Assembly: GCA_963841015.1 (NCBI GenBank)
Contig: CAWJAX010000003.1
Span: 672,001 to 736,000, forward strand
DNA: 64,000 nt
Source of the DNA: an uncultured Methanoregulaceae archaeon
Lineage (GTDB): Archaea; Halobacteriota; Methanomicrobia; Methanomicrobiales; Methanospirillaceae
Direction: 5' to 3'
Position 1 is the first letter of the stretch. Every line of letters begins with the position of its first letter. A program made the translations under genes and the position numbers. The notes beneath the pieces were generated by a model. The model searched no databases. It was given only the letters and a program-made list of their open reading frames with translations, and had not been told where the DNA came from. Below, in pieces: positions 1-11,534 of this stretch.

Positions 1-2
1 TC

Positions 3-347
3 AATGAAGTAATAGTATTCCTGCTTATCTGCGCTGCAATAACTATCGGAGTAATTTTTATGCTGATGATCGTCTGGGAAGCATTCCTGTTTGACAAGCT
101 TGAACCAATAACCCGCTACAACGAGACACAGCTCCAGACATTCACTCCTGAGCAACTCATAGCAATAATTGGCCCGGGCGGCATGTGGATCACCGCAGGC
201 ATTCTCTTTATAGGGGTCGTTTTACTCCTCCCGCTTCTCTACAGCTATAAAGCATGTTTCTTCAGGAAACTTATTCGTGGGGCTCCTGTTGCTCACCAGC
301 CGACAACCGGGGAATTTGACAGCAAAGGGCGCTGGTTCAAATATTAA
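3..347 (+). CDS. Membrane protein of unknown function, 5'-truncated by the window edge
   Basis: Frame open from position 3; two hydrophobic segments; T-tract after the stop. Confidence 0.7.
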   Translation, partial: NEVIVFLLICAAITIGVIFMLMIVWEAFLFDKLEPITRYNETQLQTFTPEQLIAIIGPGGMWITAGILFIGVVLLLPLLYSYKACFFRKLIRGAPVAHQPTTGEFDSKGRWFKY

Positions 348-481
348 CAAACCAGATCACATTTTTTTATTCAGGAGGTTGTCTGATCCTCCATACCCGA
401 AACATCCAGATCTTTCTTTTCAAGGAGAATCGATAATTGAATAACCCAAGTATAGGATCCAGGAAGAAGACGTAATGAATC

Positions 482-1694
482 CTAAGAATTCAGGAACAGA
501 AACACAATAACTGCAAATACTCCCCCGCCAATCGTTGCAAGAAGATTTGTTCCTGCATTACCCAGAAACCCCCGGTTTTCCAATGTCGCACCAACAAGGC
601 TGTCAATGTTGGTCCCGATAAAACCCGCAAGCGTGCAAATAACCATCATTTGAGGCGTGATCACATTGAGCAGTAATGCAACAAGCGAGACGACAAAACC
701 ACCCAGGAGCGCAACAAATTCTCCCGTCAGGGTAACACCTCCGTTCGTTCCTATCGGGACCTTCTTTAATGTTGTAATCATATAGGGGATTCCCCCGGTA
801 ACACCAATCTCGCTCGCCATGGTGTCTGCGGCAGCAGTTGCCACACAACCGACATACATGACAATAAAGACGGGCAATTGAAAAACACCGAAAAGAACGG
901 CTGCTGCGGCTGCGACAATCCCATTTGCAAAAACATTCCGGTACCCCCGCGCCCCGCCCCGTCCCTGTTCAACACCAATCCTTTTTTTATACGCGAATTT
1001 ATATTTGGTCGCCGCAGAGCCCAGGATGAAAAATGACAACATAATTAAAAACCATTGCGCACCCTGAGGTGCAGCAAAGACCAACAGGATAATCCCAACA
1101 AGAGCAGCAGAGAAGAGACCGGAAAGGTCTGCAGTTTTTGCCCTGAATGCAAAATAGCCAAAGGTAAACCCGACAATTACCGCTATCACCACGAGCAGCA
1201 GGTCTGCCTGGTAATTAAGCTCACGGATAAGCCACATCGTCATTGCTATGCCAACCGCTTCGATAACCAGAGAGTCTTCATACTTGAGCAGGATAGTCTT
1301 TAAAAGAACTGCTGCAATGATTCCGAAGATAACTGTTAAGAAATAGTACCTGGTGGAGATACGCGATGACCAGTACGCCCGCCCATGCAGTTGAGATGAT
1401 ATAGTAAAGATATGTGTTCAAATCATCAGCACCACGCTGGAATACCAGTTCGCCCAGCACAAGCATGGCAAGCGTACAGCAGAATACAAAAAGGGGAAGA
1501 AGAGTAATTCCGTAAAGTATGGCAATCACACAAATAGAGTACGTAAGATATTTGGTGTCAAAAAAACGCCAGAGGATAAGCGCAAAGAGAATAACAATCA
1601 GACTCATCAGCCACGCAGGCTGGATATAGGGGGCAATCAGAATTGAACCACCGACAAGCCCTGCAGCGTAACCCAATCCTCTTTGTTTCTCCAT
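482..1694 (-). CDS. DUF92/TIGR00297 family membrane protein, split by one frameshift near 1338
   Basis: C-terminal DUF92 motifs (GGARGYRNVFANG, ADTMASEIG, GTNGGVT, DSLVGAT); ORFs 1278..1694 and 482..1243 join on removing one base (CTT AAC AGT to CTT ACA GTT). Confidence 0.8.
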
Positions 1695-1836
1695 TTGTCA
1701 ATCATTTGTCTTTTAAGCAAAAAGAGTTTTATCGTGTCCGTATTTTTAAAAAAAATAAACGCTGACGGCACTTGCCGAATCATAAAAAAACAGTATACGA
1801 TCACTATATTTTATTTCACAACCAACCATCCGGAGA

Positions 1837-4434
1837 ATGGTATCCTCTGGTCAAATGCCGAAAAACTATGATTTCGCTGAGGTGGAGGAGCGCTGGCGCG
1901 GCATCTGGCGCGACGAAGATCACTATTTTGATAAAAACTCAAAAAAACCGCAATTTGTGATCGACACACCACCGCCATATCCTACCGGCAACTTCCACAT
2001 CGGTAACGCATTAAACTGGTGTTATATCGACTTTTTTGCCCGCTATAAGCGCATGAAAGGCTTTAATGTGATGTTCCCCCAAGGCTGGGACTGCCATGGT
2101 CTTCCGACGGAAGTGAAAGTAGAGGAACTTAATCATATAACAAAAAACGATGTTTCCCGCGAAGAATTCCGGCGGATGTGCCATGACCTGACTGAAAAAA
2201 ACATTTCCCTGATGAGAATCACGCTCCGCAAGATGGCATTCTCCACGGACTGGAGTAACGAGTACATCACCATGCTGCCAAATTACTACGGCAAAACACA
2301 GCTCTCATTCCTGCGCATGCTCAAGTCAGGTTACATCTACCAGAGCGAGCACCCGGTAAATTATTGTATCAGGTGCGAAACAGCGATTGCTTTTGCTGAG
2401 GTTGCTTATGATGACCGGGAGACACAGCTGAATTATTTTGACTTTCATGGTGTGGAGATAGCAACAACCCGCCCGGAACTCCTGGCTGCCTGCGTAGCAG
2501 TTGCAGTGAATCCTGCAGATGACCGATACCACTTCTTAAAAGGCAAAAAGATGAAGGTCCCGCTGTTCGGCCATGAAGTTCCGGTTGTCCAGGATGAGGC
2601 AGTAGATCCAGCATTTGGCTCTGGCGCGGTCATGATTTGTACATTTGGAGACAAACAGGATGTACACTGGTGGAAGCAGCACAACCTTTCTTTACGTAAG
2701 GCAATTGATCGGCAGGGTAAGATGACTGCTCTTGCAGGCAGATATGTGGGGATGAATACAACCGATTGCCGTGCAGCAATCCTTGCCGATATGAAGTCCG
2801 GGAAAATACTGAAACGTCAGGAAAACCTGGCACAGCGTGTCGGAACCTGCTGGCGCTGTAAGACGCCCATAGAAATACTCTCAGAGCGCCAGTGGTTTGT
2901 AAAAATTAAACCCGATGAAATCCAGAAAGCAGCTCACCAGATTACCTGGTATCCCGAGCATATGCTTCTCAGGATGGAAAACTGGGTCGAACAGATGGAA
3001 TGGGACTGGTGTATCTCAAGACAGCGGATTTTTGCAACACCAATTCCTGTATGGTTCTGTAAAAAATGCGGTGAAAGAGTAATACCCGAAGAGTCAGATC
3101 TCCCCGTTGATCCAACGCTGGTAAAGCCGAAACATCCCTGCCAGAAATGTGGCAGCACCGAGTTTGATGGAGAAGCAGATGTGCTCGATACGTGGATGGA
3201 CTCCTCTATCTCAGTCCTCAATGTGACGGGATGGGACGGGGGGGATACACCCCCCTACTTCCCCGCCCAGATCCGCCCTCAGGGACACGATATAATCCGG
3301 ACATGGGCATTCTATACCATCCTGCGATCAGTCGCACTTATTGGTTCAAAGCCGTGGGAAGAGATTCTCATCAACGGTATGGTGCTGGGAGAAGACGGAT
3401 TCAAGATGAGTAAAAGCCGTGGTAACATCATAGTGCCGGAAGAGATTCTCGATAAATACGGTGCTGATGCACTCCGTCAATGGGCTGCAATGGGAGCGGC
3501 AACCGGTTCAGATATCATGTTTAACTGGAACGATGTTGTTGCCGCATCCAGGTTCCAGACCAAGATGTGGAATATCGCAAAGTTTGCCCTTATCCAGCTT
3601 GAGAAAGAAGGTTTCGATAAGGACGCACCAGTCACCGCGCTTGCTGACAGGTGGCTGCTTGTGCGCCTCTCAGACACAATCCAGCAGGTGAGTGCAGCGA
3701 TGGAGTGCTATCAGTTTGACACGGCACTTAAGGCAATCAGGGAGTTTGCGTGGGATACTCTTGCCGATAATTACATCGAGCTGGTAAAGGGCAGGTTATA
3801 TACTGGTGAGGCGTCCCGCAAGAGTGCCCTGCTTGTACTCCATACGGCATTCGATGCACTTTGTAAAATGCTCGCGCCATTCACTCCCTACTTTGCTGAA
3901 GAGTGCTACTCGTACCTGAATAAAGGTGCGAGCGTTCATAAACAGCCGTGGGTATCCTTCACGTATGAGGATGAAGCAGCAAGGTACGAGGGTACCCTGC
4001 TCGCACAGTTAGTGGCAGAAGTACGTAAGTATAAGCACGACACCGGACTCGCACTCAACGCTCCGCTTGGCAAAATTTCGATCTATGCACCGCATACAGT
4101 GAATGATGAAGGTGATACCGGGCGCACCCTGAATGCGGATGTCCACTGGCGCACCGATGAAGTAAAACTCGAGCGGGTGATTACTGGTATTGATTTTAAC
4201 CGCGCCGTAATTGGACCTGCATTCCGCAAACAGGCACAGGCATTTATGACTGTAATACAAGCGCTGCCACCCCACCAGCTGGCCAACCCGCCAAAAACGA
4301 TCATCCTGGAGGGTTCTGAAGTAGGGATACCTGAAAATTCCTTTTCCCCGAAGTTTTCCTATGTGGAAGAGGGAGCGAAAGTGGACGTGATCACCGTTGG
4401 CGACGTGATCGTGACAATTGCAAAATCTGCCTGA
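1837..4434 (+). CDS. valS: Valine--tRNA ligase
   Basis: [29 protein letters not shown] and KMSKS class I motifs; 865 aa. Confidence 0.97.
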   Translation: MVSSGQMPKNYDFAEVEERWRGIWRDEDHYFDKNSKKPQFVIDTPPPYPTGNFHIGNALNWCYIDFFARYKRMKGFNVMFPQGWDCHGLPTEVKVEELNHITKNDVSREEFRRMCHDLTEKNISLMRITLRKMAFSTDWSNEYITMLPNYYGKTQLSFLRMLKSGYIYQSEHPVNYCIRCETAIAFAEVAYDDRETQLNYFDFHGVEIATTRPELLAACVAVAVNPADDRYHFLKGKKMKVPLFGHEVPVVQDEAVDPAFGSGAVMICTFGDKQDVHWWKQHNLSLRKAIDRQGKMTALAGRYVGMNTTDCRAAILADMKSGKILKRQENLAQRVGTCWRCKTPIEILSERQWFVKIKPDEIQKAAHQITWYPEHMLLRMENWVEQMEWDWCISRQRIFATPIPVWFCKKCGERVIPEESDLPVDPTLVKPKHPCQKCGSTEFDGEADVLDTWMDSSISVLNVTGWDGGDTPPYFPAQIRPQGHDIIRTWAFYTILRSVALIGSKPWEEILINGMVLGEDGFKMSKSRGNIIVPEEILDKYGADALRQWAAMGAATGSDIMFNWNDVVAASRFQTKMWNIAKFALIQLEKEGFDKDAPVTALADRWLLVRLSDTIQQVSAAMECYQFDTALKAIREFAWDTLADNYIELVKGRLYTGEASRKSALLVLHTAFDALCKMLAPFTPYFAEECYSYLNKGASVHKQPWVSFTYEDEAARYEGTLLAQLVAEVRKYKHDTGLALNAPLGKISIYAPHTVNDEGDTGRTLNADVHWRTDEVKLERVITGIDFNRAVIGPAFRKQAQAFMTVIQALPPHQLANPPKTIILEGSEVGIPENSFSPKFSYVEEGAKVDVITVGDVIVTIAKSA

Positions 4435-5008
4435 TTGAATCAGCAACAAATATTGCAATCTCATTTTTTTCTTTCATCGCATCCACGATCACAAACCGTG
4501 AAGGGTCTTTGCGGGCGAGTTGCAAGTAATTTTTCTGAACATTTTCAAGTACGTCCCTCTTTTCGAAATGCTCGCGCTCGTTCTGGGGTTTAAGACGGGC
4601 AAGTGCTTCATCAATAGGGAGAACGCACAGGAAAGTTTTGTCCGGTACTATCGACCAGCCATCGTGCATTGCCCGCAGCCATTCCTCCGGTTGTGGAATC
4701 ACCCCTTTGAGGGTGACTGCCTGGTAGGCGTACCGGCTGTCACTGTATCGGTCAGAAATTACCAATTTACCATCGGCAAGCGCAGGGCGGATAATTCTTG
4801 CAAGATGCGCTGCATGGTCAGCAACAAACAGGGTTGCCTCGGTTATAGGATCGATCTGTTCAGCAATGGCACGGCGTACGGACTCACCTACCCACGTCAC
4901 TCCTGGCTCACGGGTAAAGACCGGATCAAGATCCACAAGTAATTCCTGCAGCTCCTGGTGCAGTGTACTCTTCCCGCTTCCATCAATTCCCTCAAGGGTG
5001 ATTAACAA
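4391..5008 (-). CDS. tmk: Thymidylate (dTMP) kinase
   Basis: [14 protein letters not shown]-loop, [16 protein letters not shown]; probable TTG start at 5008 after GAGGGG. Confidence 0.93.
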   Translation of the reverse strand: MLITLEGIDGSGKSTLHQELQELLVDLDPVFTREPGVTWVGESVRRAIAEQIDPITEATLFVADHAAHLARIIRPALADGKLVISDRYSDSRYAYQAVTLKGVIPQPEEWLRAMHDGWSIVPDKTFLCVLPIDEALARLKPQNEREHFEKRDVLENVQKNYLQLARKDPSRFVIVDAMKEKNEIAIFVADSIRQILQLSRSRRQR

Positions 5009-5673
5009 CAGGTTCCCCTCCGGATCCATTCAACAGGAATAATTCCCCTGTGAAAGGCGGTACTGATAATGGCTCCATCAAATCCTGAATGGCTGATAAT
5101 TTCAAGATCGCGGACAGTTGCAACACCACCCCCGTAAAAAAGCTGTTTATCATAAGCTTGACGCATTTTTTCCAGGTGTTGCCGGTCTATTCCCTGCTCT
5201 GTGCCAACAGCACTGACGTTAAGAAGAATCGACCCGACAAAATTCCAGTGTTGCGCTGAGGATAACACCTCAACCGGTTCTTTGCCACAGGGTATGACCC
5301 GGCCATTTTTTACATCAATGCTGAGTACACCTCCATGATACCGTGACATATTCCTCCCACCGGTCTCTGTCCCGACAATATTCACGATATTCTCCCCCTC
5401 CAGAAAATCAGATGGTGAATGACAACCCCTGTCAACAAAACAGCATCGGACTTCCTGTGCGCACTGCCGGATAATCACATCGTGAGACCCGGTCCCTTCG
5501 ATACGATCGAGATCAGCAATATAGAGAAATCTGGGTTTGATAGATTCAATAAAGCCAAGGGGTTCTGCCGTCGGCGAAAAACCCCAATCCAGCGGTTTGT
5601 AGGTTGCACGTTGCCCGGATTTACCGTGTACGACCAGATTTTGGCGCAAATCCATTGCAAGAAATAGTTTCAT
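5002..5673 (-). CDS. HisA/HisF-related TIM-barrel protein (archaeal type, not HisA itself)
   Basis: LAMDL..VVHG..G.R..Y.P, YIADLDRI.G.G, YGGGV motifs; divergent from mfnB. Confidence 0.8.
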   Translation of the reverse strand: MKLFLAMDLRQNLVVHGKSGQRATYKPLDWGFSPTAEPLGFIESIKPRFLYIADLDRIEGTGSHDVIIRQCAQEVRCCFVDRGCHSPSDFLEGENIVNIVGTETGGRNMSRYHGGVLSIDVKNGRVIPCGKEPVEVLSSAQHWNFVGSILLNVSAVGTEQGIDRQHLEKMRQAYDKQLFYGGGVATVRDLEIISHSGFDGAIISTAFHRGIIPVEWIRRGTCC

Positions 5674-5716
5674 AGGCGAACGCAATCACTATTAGGATAA
5701 AAGATCATTAAACTTT

Positions 5717-6403
5717 ATGCAATTGTTGGTCAGTCCCAGCACTATCGAGGAGGCAAAACGATCCGCTGCGGCTGATATAATCGATGTCAAAAAACCCTCA
5801 GAGGGCTCACTGGGCGCCAACTTTCCCTGGGTCATACGGGAAATCAAAACACTTTCAGCTAAACCTTTGAGCGCGGCAATTGGTGACTTTGACTACAAAC
5901 CGGGAGGAGCGGCCCTCGCTGCCTTTGGGGCTGCCTGTGCCGGGGCTGACTATGTGAAGATTGGGCTTGCCTTTGATGGTCAGGAAAAGGCACGTGACGT
6001 GATAGGAGCGGTTGTTAAAGCAGTAAAAGATGAATTTCCCCAAAAATATGTCGTGATTGCTGCCTACTCAGATTTCCAGCGTATGCATTCTATCTCTCCG
6101 TTTGAGATGGCACCACTCGCTGCAGACTGTGGTGCTGATGTTGCCATGGTCGACACCGGCATTAAGGATCGTCAAAGTACTTTTGCCTTCATGAATGAAG
6201 ACACGCTCCGTTCGTTTACCCAGACAAACAAAAAACTTGGCCTTAAAACAGCGGTGGCCGGTGCGCTGAAATTTGAAGATATTGAAGCCCTTAAAAGGAT
6301 TAACCCGGAAATAATCGGTGTGCGGGGAATGGTCTGTGGGGGAGACCGAAACGCGACTATCCGTGAAGACCTCATAAAAACCGCACTTGCCATGATCAGG
6401 TGA
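5717..6403 (+). CDS. mfnB: (5-formylfuran-3-yl)methyl phosphate synthase, methanofuran biosynthesis
   Basis: [46 protein letters not shown] (DUF556). Confidence 0.93.
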   Translation: MQLLVSPSTIEEAKRSAAADIIDVKKPSEGSLGANFPWVIREIKTLSAKPLSAAIGDFDYKPGGAALAAFGAACAGADYVKIGLAFDGQEKARDVIGAVVKAVKDEFPQKYVVIAAYSDFQRMHSISPFEMAPLAADCGADVAMVDTGIKDRQSTFAFMNEDTLRSFTQTNKKLGLKTAVAGALKFEDIEALKRINPEIIGVRGMVCGGDRNATIREDLIKTALAMIR

Positions 6404-6406
6404 TTT

Positions 6407-7876
6407 ATGTATAGTGAGAAACTGGATGTGCCACTCTCCTTAACCTTTGACGATGTGCTGCTCGAGCCGCAGGCATCGTGGCTTGAACCTGCAGAAGCAG
6501 ATACACGATCAAAGTTTTCAAAAAAAATCAATCTGAACATACCGCTTGTGTCCGCTGCGATGGACACCGTTACTGAGGCGCCGATGGCGATAGCTCTCGC
6601 CCGCGAAGGTGGGATCGGGGTGATCCACCGGAACATGACACCGGAGCATGAGCTGCAGGAAGTCATTTTTGTCAAACAGGCTGAAGAGCTGATAGAACGT
6701 GACGTGCTCTTTGTTGAGGATTCAGCTACGGTTTCTGATGCTGAGCATCTTATGCAACAGTACAGTATCGGAGGAGTTCCCGTTGTCGATAAAGGCAAGA
6801 TTATTGGGATCGTAAGCAGGCGTGATGTGAGGGCTATCGTCTCCAAACGCGGTGATGAAAAAATAACCTCAATCATGACTAAGAAGCCAATTGTCGCGGA
6901 CGAGGAAATTACCGCTGAAAAGGCACTCGAAATCATGTACACAAACAAGATCGAACGCCTGCCGGTGGTGAACAACAAAGGGAAACTTCTTGGTATTATT
7001 ACGATGCAGGATATCCTGGAAAAACGGCAGTACCCGCTTGCAACAAGGGATGCGAAAGGCAATCTCCGGGTAGCTGCTGCAGTTGGACCCTTTGATTTTT
7101 CCCGCGCTGAATTGCTCGACAACAACAGCGTGGACGCACTTGTTGTGGATTGCGCCCATGGCCATAATATGAAAGTCGTCGCTGCGGTCAAAGACATAAA
7201 AGGCAGCATGAAGGCAGAGGTTATTGCCGGTAACATTGCTACGAGGGCAGCCGCAGAGGCACTGGTCAGTGCCGGGGTCGACGGGATCAAGGTCGGTATT
7301 GGTCCGGGCTCGATTTGCACCACCCGCATTGTCGCGGGTACCGGGGTTCCCCAAATCACCGCAATTGCACAGGTTGCAGACGTTGCTCGTAACGCAGAGA
7401 TTCCCATTATCGCAGACGGGGGCGTTCGTTTCAGCGGAGATGTGGCTAAAGCAATTGCAGCGGGAGCTGATACTGTTATGATGGGCAGCATGTTTGCCGG
7501 GACTGATGAAGCTCCGGGCAAAGTAATCACCATCAAAGGACGGCGCTATAAGCAGTACCGGGGGATGGGATCGCTTGGCGTCATGAGTACCGGGCAGTCA
7601 AGTGACCGCTACTTCCAGAAAAGGGATATCGGCAGCAGCAAGTTCGTCCCTGAAGGTGTGGAAGGAGTCACACCCTACGTTGGTCATGTAGCAGAAGTCA
7701 TGTACCAGCTGGTAGGCGGGCTCAAATCAGCGATGGGCTACACGGGTTCAAAGACGATCCCGGAGATGCAGAAAAATGCAAAGTTTATCCGTATCACCAA
7801 TGCCGGTATGACCGAAAGCCACCCGCACAATATCCTGATTACCGATGAAGCACCGAATTATCGGTTGTTTGAATAA
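6407..7876 (+). CDS. guaB: IMP dehydrogenase with CBS pair
   Basis: [41 protein letters not shown]. Confidence 0.97.
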   Translation: MYSEKLDVPLSLTFDDVLLEPQASWLEPAEADTRSKFSKKINLNIPLVSAAMDTVTEAPMAIALAREGGIGVIHRNMTPEHELQEVIFVKQAEELIERDVLFVEDSATVSDAEHLMQQYSIGGVPVVDKGKIIGIVSRRDVRAIVSKRGDEKITSIMTKKPIVADEEITAEKALEIMYTNKIERLPVVNNKGKLLGIITMQDILEKRQYPLATRDAKGNLRVAAAVGPFDFSRAELLDNNSVDALVVDCAHGHNMKVVAAVKDIKGSMKAEVIAGNIATRAAAEALVSAGVDGIKVGIGPGSICTTRIVAGTGVPQITAIAQVADVARNAEIPIIADGGVRFSGDVAKAIAAGADTVMMGSMFAGTDEAPGKVITIKGRRYKQYRGMGSLGVMSTGQSSDRYFQKRDIGSSKFVPEGVEGVTPYVGHVAEVMYQLVGGLKSAMGYTGSKTIPEMQKNAKFIRITNAGMTESHPHNILITDEAPNYRLFE

Positions 7877-7884
7877 TTTTTTTT
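7877..7884 (+). terminator. Oligo-T archaeal terminator after guaB
   Basis: T8 run immediately after TAA. Confidence 0.55.
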
Positions 7885-8059
7885 GAACTGGATCTATCAA
7901 ATGTCACTATGAAATGCACCCTTGACTAATTATTTCAAAGAGTATATTTTAACAAGTTGCCGATAGCTCAAATTTAAGCAGTACAATCGATTATATCTGT
8001 TCGAACTGCAGCACAATTCCTGCTACGAATTGCCAGAGTGCAATGCACCGGTGCCTCGC

Positions 8060-8095
8060 TTTATCTTATTATCACTTCCACTTATACGTAGAAGT
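8060..8095 (+). promoter_or_regulatory. TATA-like box plus palindromic operator-like site before a leaderless zinc-ribbon gene
   Basis: TTTATCTTA at 8060-8068; ACTTC..TACGTA GAAGT directly abutting ATG 8096. Confidence 0.45.
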
Positions 8096-8224
8096 ATGAC
8101 AATCGAAAAACAATATTGCCAAAAATGCGATCACTCGTGGTATCCCAACAGTGAAAGAAAGCCGAAGGTGTGTCCACGATGCAAATCATATAATTGGGAT
8201 AAAATGGGGGAAGGAGAGAAATGA
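8096..8224 (+). CDS. 42-aa zinc-ribbon microprotein (CxxC-x14-CPxC)
   Basis: MTIEKQYCQKCDHSWYPNSERKPKVCPRCKSYNWDKMGEGEK; stop overlaps next ATG (ATGA). Confidence 0.8.
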   Translation: MTIEKQYCQKCDHSWYPNSERKPKVCPRCKSYNWDKMGEGEK

Positions 8225-11178
8225 GATTCAGACGTAAAAATAATTGGACAATAATTGCCGTAGTATCTGCGCTTTTAATAATGGCGTGGGTAATTCCGGT
8301 AACTGCAGCACCGATATTCGGCAGTTATAGCGGACCAACTTCAGGTCCGACTACAGGTGGAATTCTGTAACAATCACCGGTTCAGACTTTGTTGGACGGT
8401 GCGTTGTTTGGAGTAACGATTGGTGGACGGATGCGAATGGCAGTGTACAGCAGTTAATCGACTACTACAATTACTGCAACAACCCCCGTCGATTGCACAT
8501 GCTGCACCGGTACGCAGTTAGTCGTTGTAATAACCAATGGTGACGGCCAGTCCTGAATATTGGGACGAATGAAGTATTACATACATGTCCAGCACCCAGC
8601 ACCGACGTTTTGGCAGCAGTAGACCAACTTACAGGTCCGACTACAGGCGGCACTCCTGTAACAATCACAGATTCAGACTTGTTGACGGTGCGTTGTTTGG
8701 AGTAACGATTGGTGGAACGGATGCGAATGGAGTGTACAGCAGCTTAATACAGACTACTACAAAAATTGATCTGCAACAACCCCCGTCCGATGCTGCCTGG
8801 AGCAGTCACTGTCAGTTTGTAATACACCAATGCCGTGACGGCGGAGTCCTTGCATACCGTTTAGGACGAATGCATTTACCTATAATGTCCCAGCAGCACC
8901 TGTCGCTGCATTCACAAATACAACCCCACGCACAGGGACTGCCCCATTGACTGTCTCGTTTGACGACCAGTCCACGGTTCGAAGTAGCACTCGTGTTTCT
9001 GGCAATTTCGGGGATGGAGGTACATCAAACAACCAGAATCCTTCCCACCAATACACCACAGCTGGTACCTATTCCGTAAACCTCACGGTCTCTGGTCCGG
9101 GGGGATCTGACTTTGAATATAAATCCAATTACATCACGGTAAATCCAGCACTGGTCGCTGCTTTTTCCGGTACACCCACTTCCGGTCCGAAACCATTGAA
9201 CGTCCAATTCAATGATGCATCTACCGGTGTAATAGATACCTATGCCTGGGATTTCGGGGATGGCCACACATCATCTGCCCAGAATCCATCCCACAACTAC
9301 CCCACTGAAGGTTCTTATACGGTAACACTCACGGTCACTGGTCCCGGGGGATCTGATTCTGAGACTAAAGGCAACTATATAAATGTCGGTGATACCCCCC
9401 CGATAGCCGGGTTTTCCGCTACCCCTACATCGGGTTCTAGTCCATTGAATGTCCAATTCAATGATGCATCAACTGGTAATGTATCCTCCTATGCGTGGAA
9501 TTTCGGAGATGGAAATACATCGATACTCAGGAATCCGTCCCATCAATACACTGCTGTAGATTCATATACCGTGACACTCACAGTGACTGGTCCCGGGGGA
9601 TCTGATTCTGAGACAAAAACCAATTACATCACGGTCACAAAATCTACAACTAGGATAGGAATCTATAAGGATGGCGTGTGGAATCTTTTGAACAGTGCCG
9701 GTCCTGCTGATCTCACCTTTAATTACGGCATAGTTGGGGATACTCCGTTAGTCGGCGACTGGGACGGAAACGTCGTAGACACGGTCGGCATCTACCGCAA
9801 CAGTGCATTCTACCTCAAGAACAGCAACAGTGCCGGTCCTGCTGACCTCGCCTTTAATTACGGCATACCCGGGGATACGCCGCTGATCGGCGACTGGAAC
9901 GGAGATGGCGAAGACACTGTCGGCATCTACCGCAACAGTGCATTCTACCTTCGGAACAGCAACAGTGCCGGTCCTGCTGATCTCACCTTTAATTACGGCG
10001 TACCCGGGGATACGCCGTTAATCGGTGATTGGGACGGAGATGGCGAAGACACTGTCGGCATCTATCGCAACAGTGCATTCTACCTTCGGAACAGCAACAC
10101 TGCAGGTTATGCTGACCTCACCTTTAATTATGGCATACCCGGGGATATACCCTTAATCGGCGACTGGAACGGAGATGGCGAAGACACTGTTGGTATCTAC
10201 CGCAATGGCGTATTTTACCTCCGGAACAGCAACACTGCAGGTTATGCTGACCTCACCTTTAATTATGGCATACCCGGGGATATACCCTTAATCGGCGACT
10301 GGAACGGAGATGGGAAGACTGAGATAGGAATCTCCCGGGATAGTGTGTGGTACCTGGATTATAATGGAGATGGTGTCTTTAGTTCATCCGGAAGCACAGA
10401 TTACAGTTTCCGAGGAGAGTCCGGATGGGCACCAATTGTTGGAGATTGGAATGGGGATAAAACCACGAAAATTGGTATTTATAAAAATGGCATCTTGTAT
10501 CTGGACTACAATGGAAACGGAGAATGGGAAGCTGATTCGGATAAAGGGTTTAATTACGGATTGACATCTGACTGGATACCAGTAGCAGGTGACTGGAATG
10601 GAGATGGGAAAACTAAGGCTGGTTTCTACCGTTGGGGATACTGGTCTTTGGATTACCTTGGGGTAGGTACTAATTCGAAATTCTATACATTCATAGGACC
10701 ATACGAATATGCTTTCACACCCGTTGTCGGTGACTGGAACGGAGATGGTAAATCAAAAATAGGGGTGTTTAAAGAGGGGGTCTGGTATCTGGATGACAAC
10801 GGAAATGGAGTGTATAATAGTACCTCTGAGAGAAAAAATAATTTTGGAGTTGCCGGCTGGGTGCCCCTAATTGGCGATTGGAATGGAGATGGTAAATCAA
10901 AAATAGGGGTGTTTAAAGAGGGGGTCTGGCGTCTGGACTATGATGGGGATTCTATTTGGAATGCTTCTGTTGATAAAAGTTACACTTTCCAAGGACTGGC
11001 CGGTTGGACACCTGTTATTGGAGACTGGAATGGAGACGGAAAAGACAAGATTGGAGTGTATAATACCCTTAGTGGAGACTGGCATCTGGATTACGACGGG
11101 AATGGTGTGTGGGATGAAACTATAGATAAAGGGTATAATATCGGATTGGGAACCCCCGTTATTGGAAAATGGAGTTAA
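8221..11178 (+). CDS. Secreted surface protein: signal peptide, 2 IPT/TIG domains (frame-disrupted), 3 PKD domains, FG-GAP-like GDWNGDG beta-propeller repeats
   Basis: ATG 8221 after GAAGGAGA gives a signal peptide (MRFRRK..VIPVTA); 8300-8990 has many indels; intact ORF 8947..11178 has WDFGDG PKD motifs and GDWNGDG repeats. Confidence 0.8.
8305..8890 (+). repeat. Two tandem ~290-bp IPT/TIG-coding repeats, both indel-ridden
   Basis: Shared blocks such as caggtccgactacagg and gacggtgcgttgtttggagtaacgattggtgga occur twice. Confidence 0.8.
9691..10315 (+). repeat. About 4.6 near-identical 135-bp (45-aa) tandem coding repeats
   Basis: Units start at 9691, 9826, 9961, 10096, 10231 (NSAGPADLTFNYG..GDWNGDGEDTVGIYRN). 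Confidence 0.92.
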
Positions 11179-11534
11179 AAAAACACTCCTGACTCTTTTT
11201 TTAGAACCTGTTCAATGCATTATGTTTAATCTATTTAAGGATTAGAATTTCCCAGTTTTGATTTTTTCTGATAGGCCTGATAATCCGGGAATATCAAAAA
11301 ACCTTGATACAGTAATTAATGCAACAACGGAAAGAACCAATGACTGAATCAGATCTAGTTATGCTTTCTACGGATGTTTAAACAATCAAGCAAAATCAAT
11401 TAATTATAAGTTTAAGCTAGTGACGGTGCACACCATCATTGACTTTATCTTTAATCATCTGGAAATGTTCGCATTGGAATAGTATGCACTTCAAACAAAA
11501 ACCTATTTGAAAGGGATTTCGGAATATAAAAAAA

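Noticed and set aside
6172-7536. 454-aa antisense ORF over guaB, and many other antisense or nested ORFs in the track
   Set aside because: Shadow frames of conserved genes, with no recognisable motifs
9691-10315. Tandem repeats as a CRISPR array or DGR template/variable pair
   Set aside because: In-frame 135-bp coding units without unique spacers; differences not adenine-specific; no reverse transcriptase or cas genes
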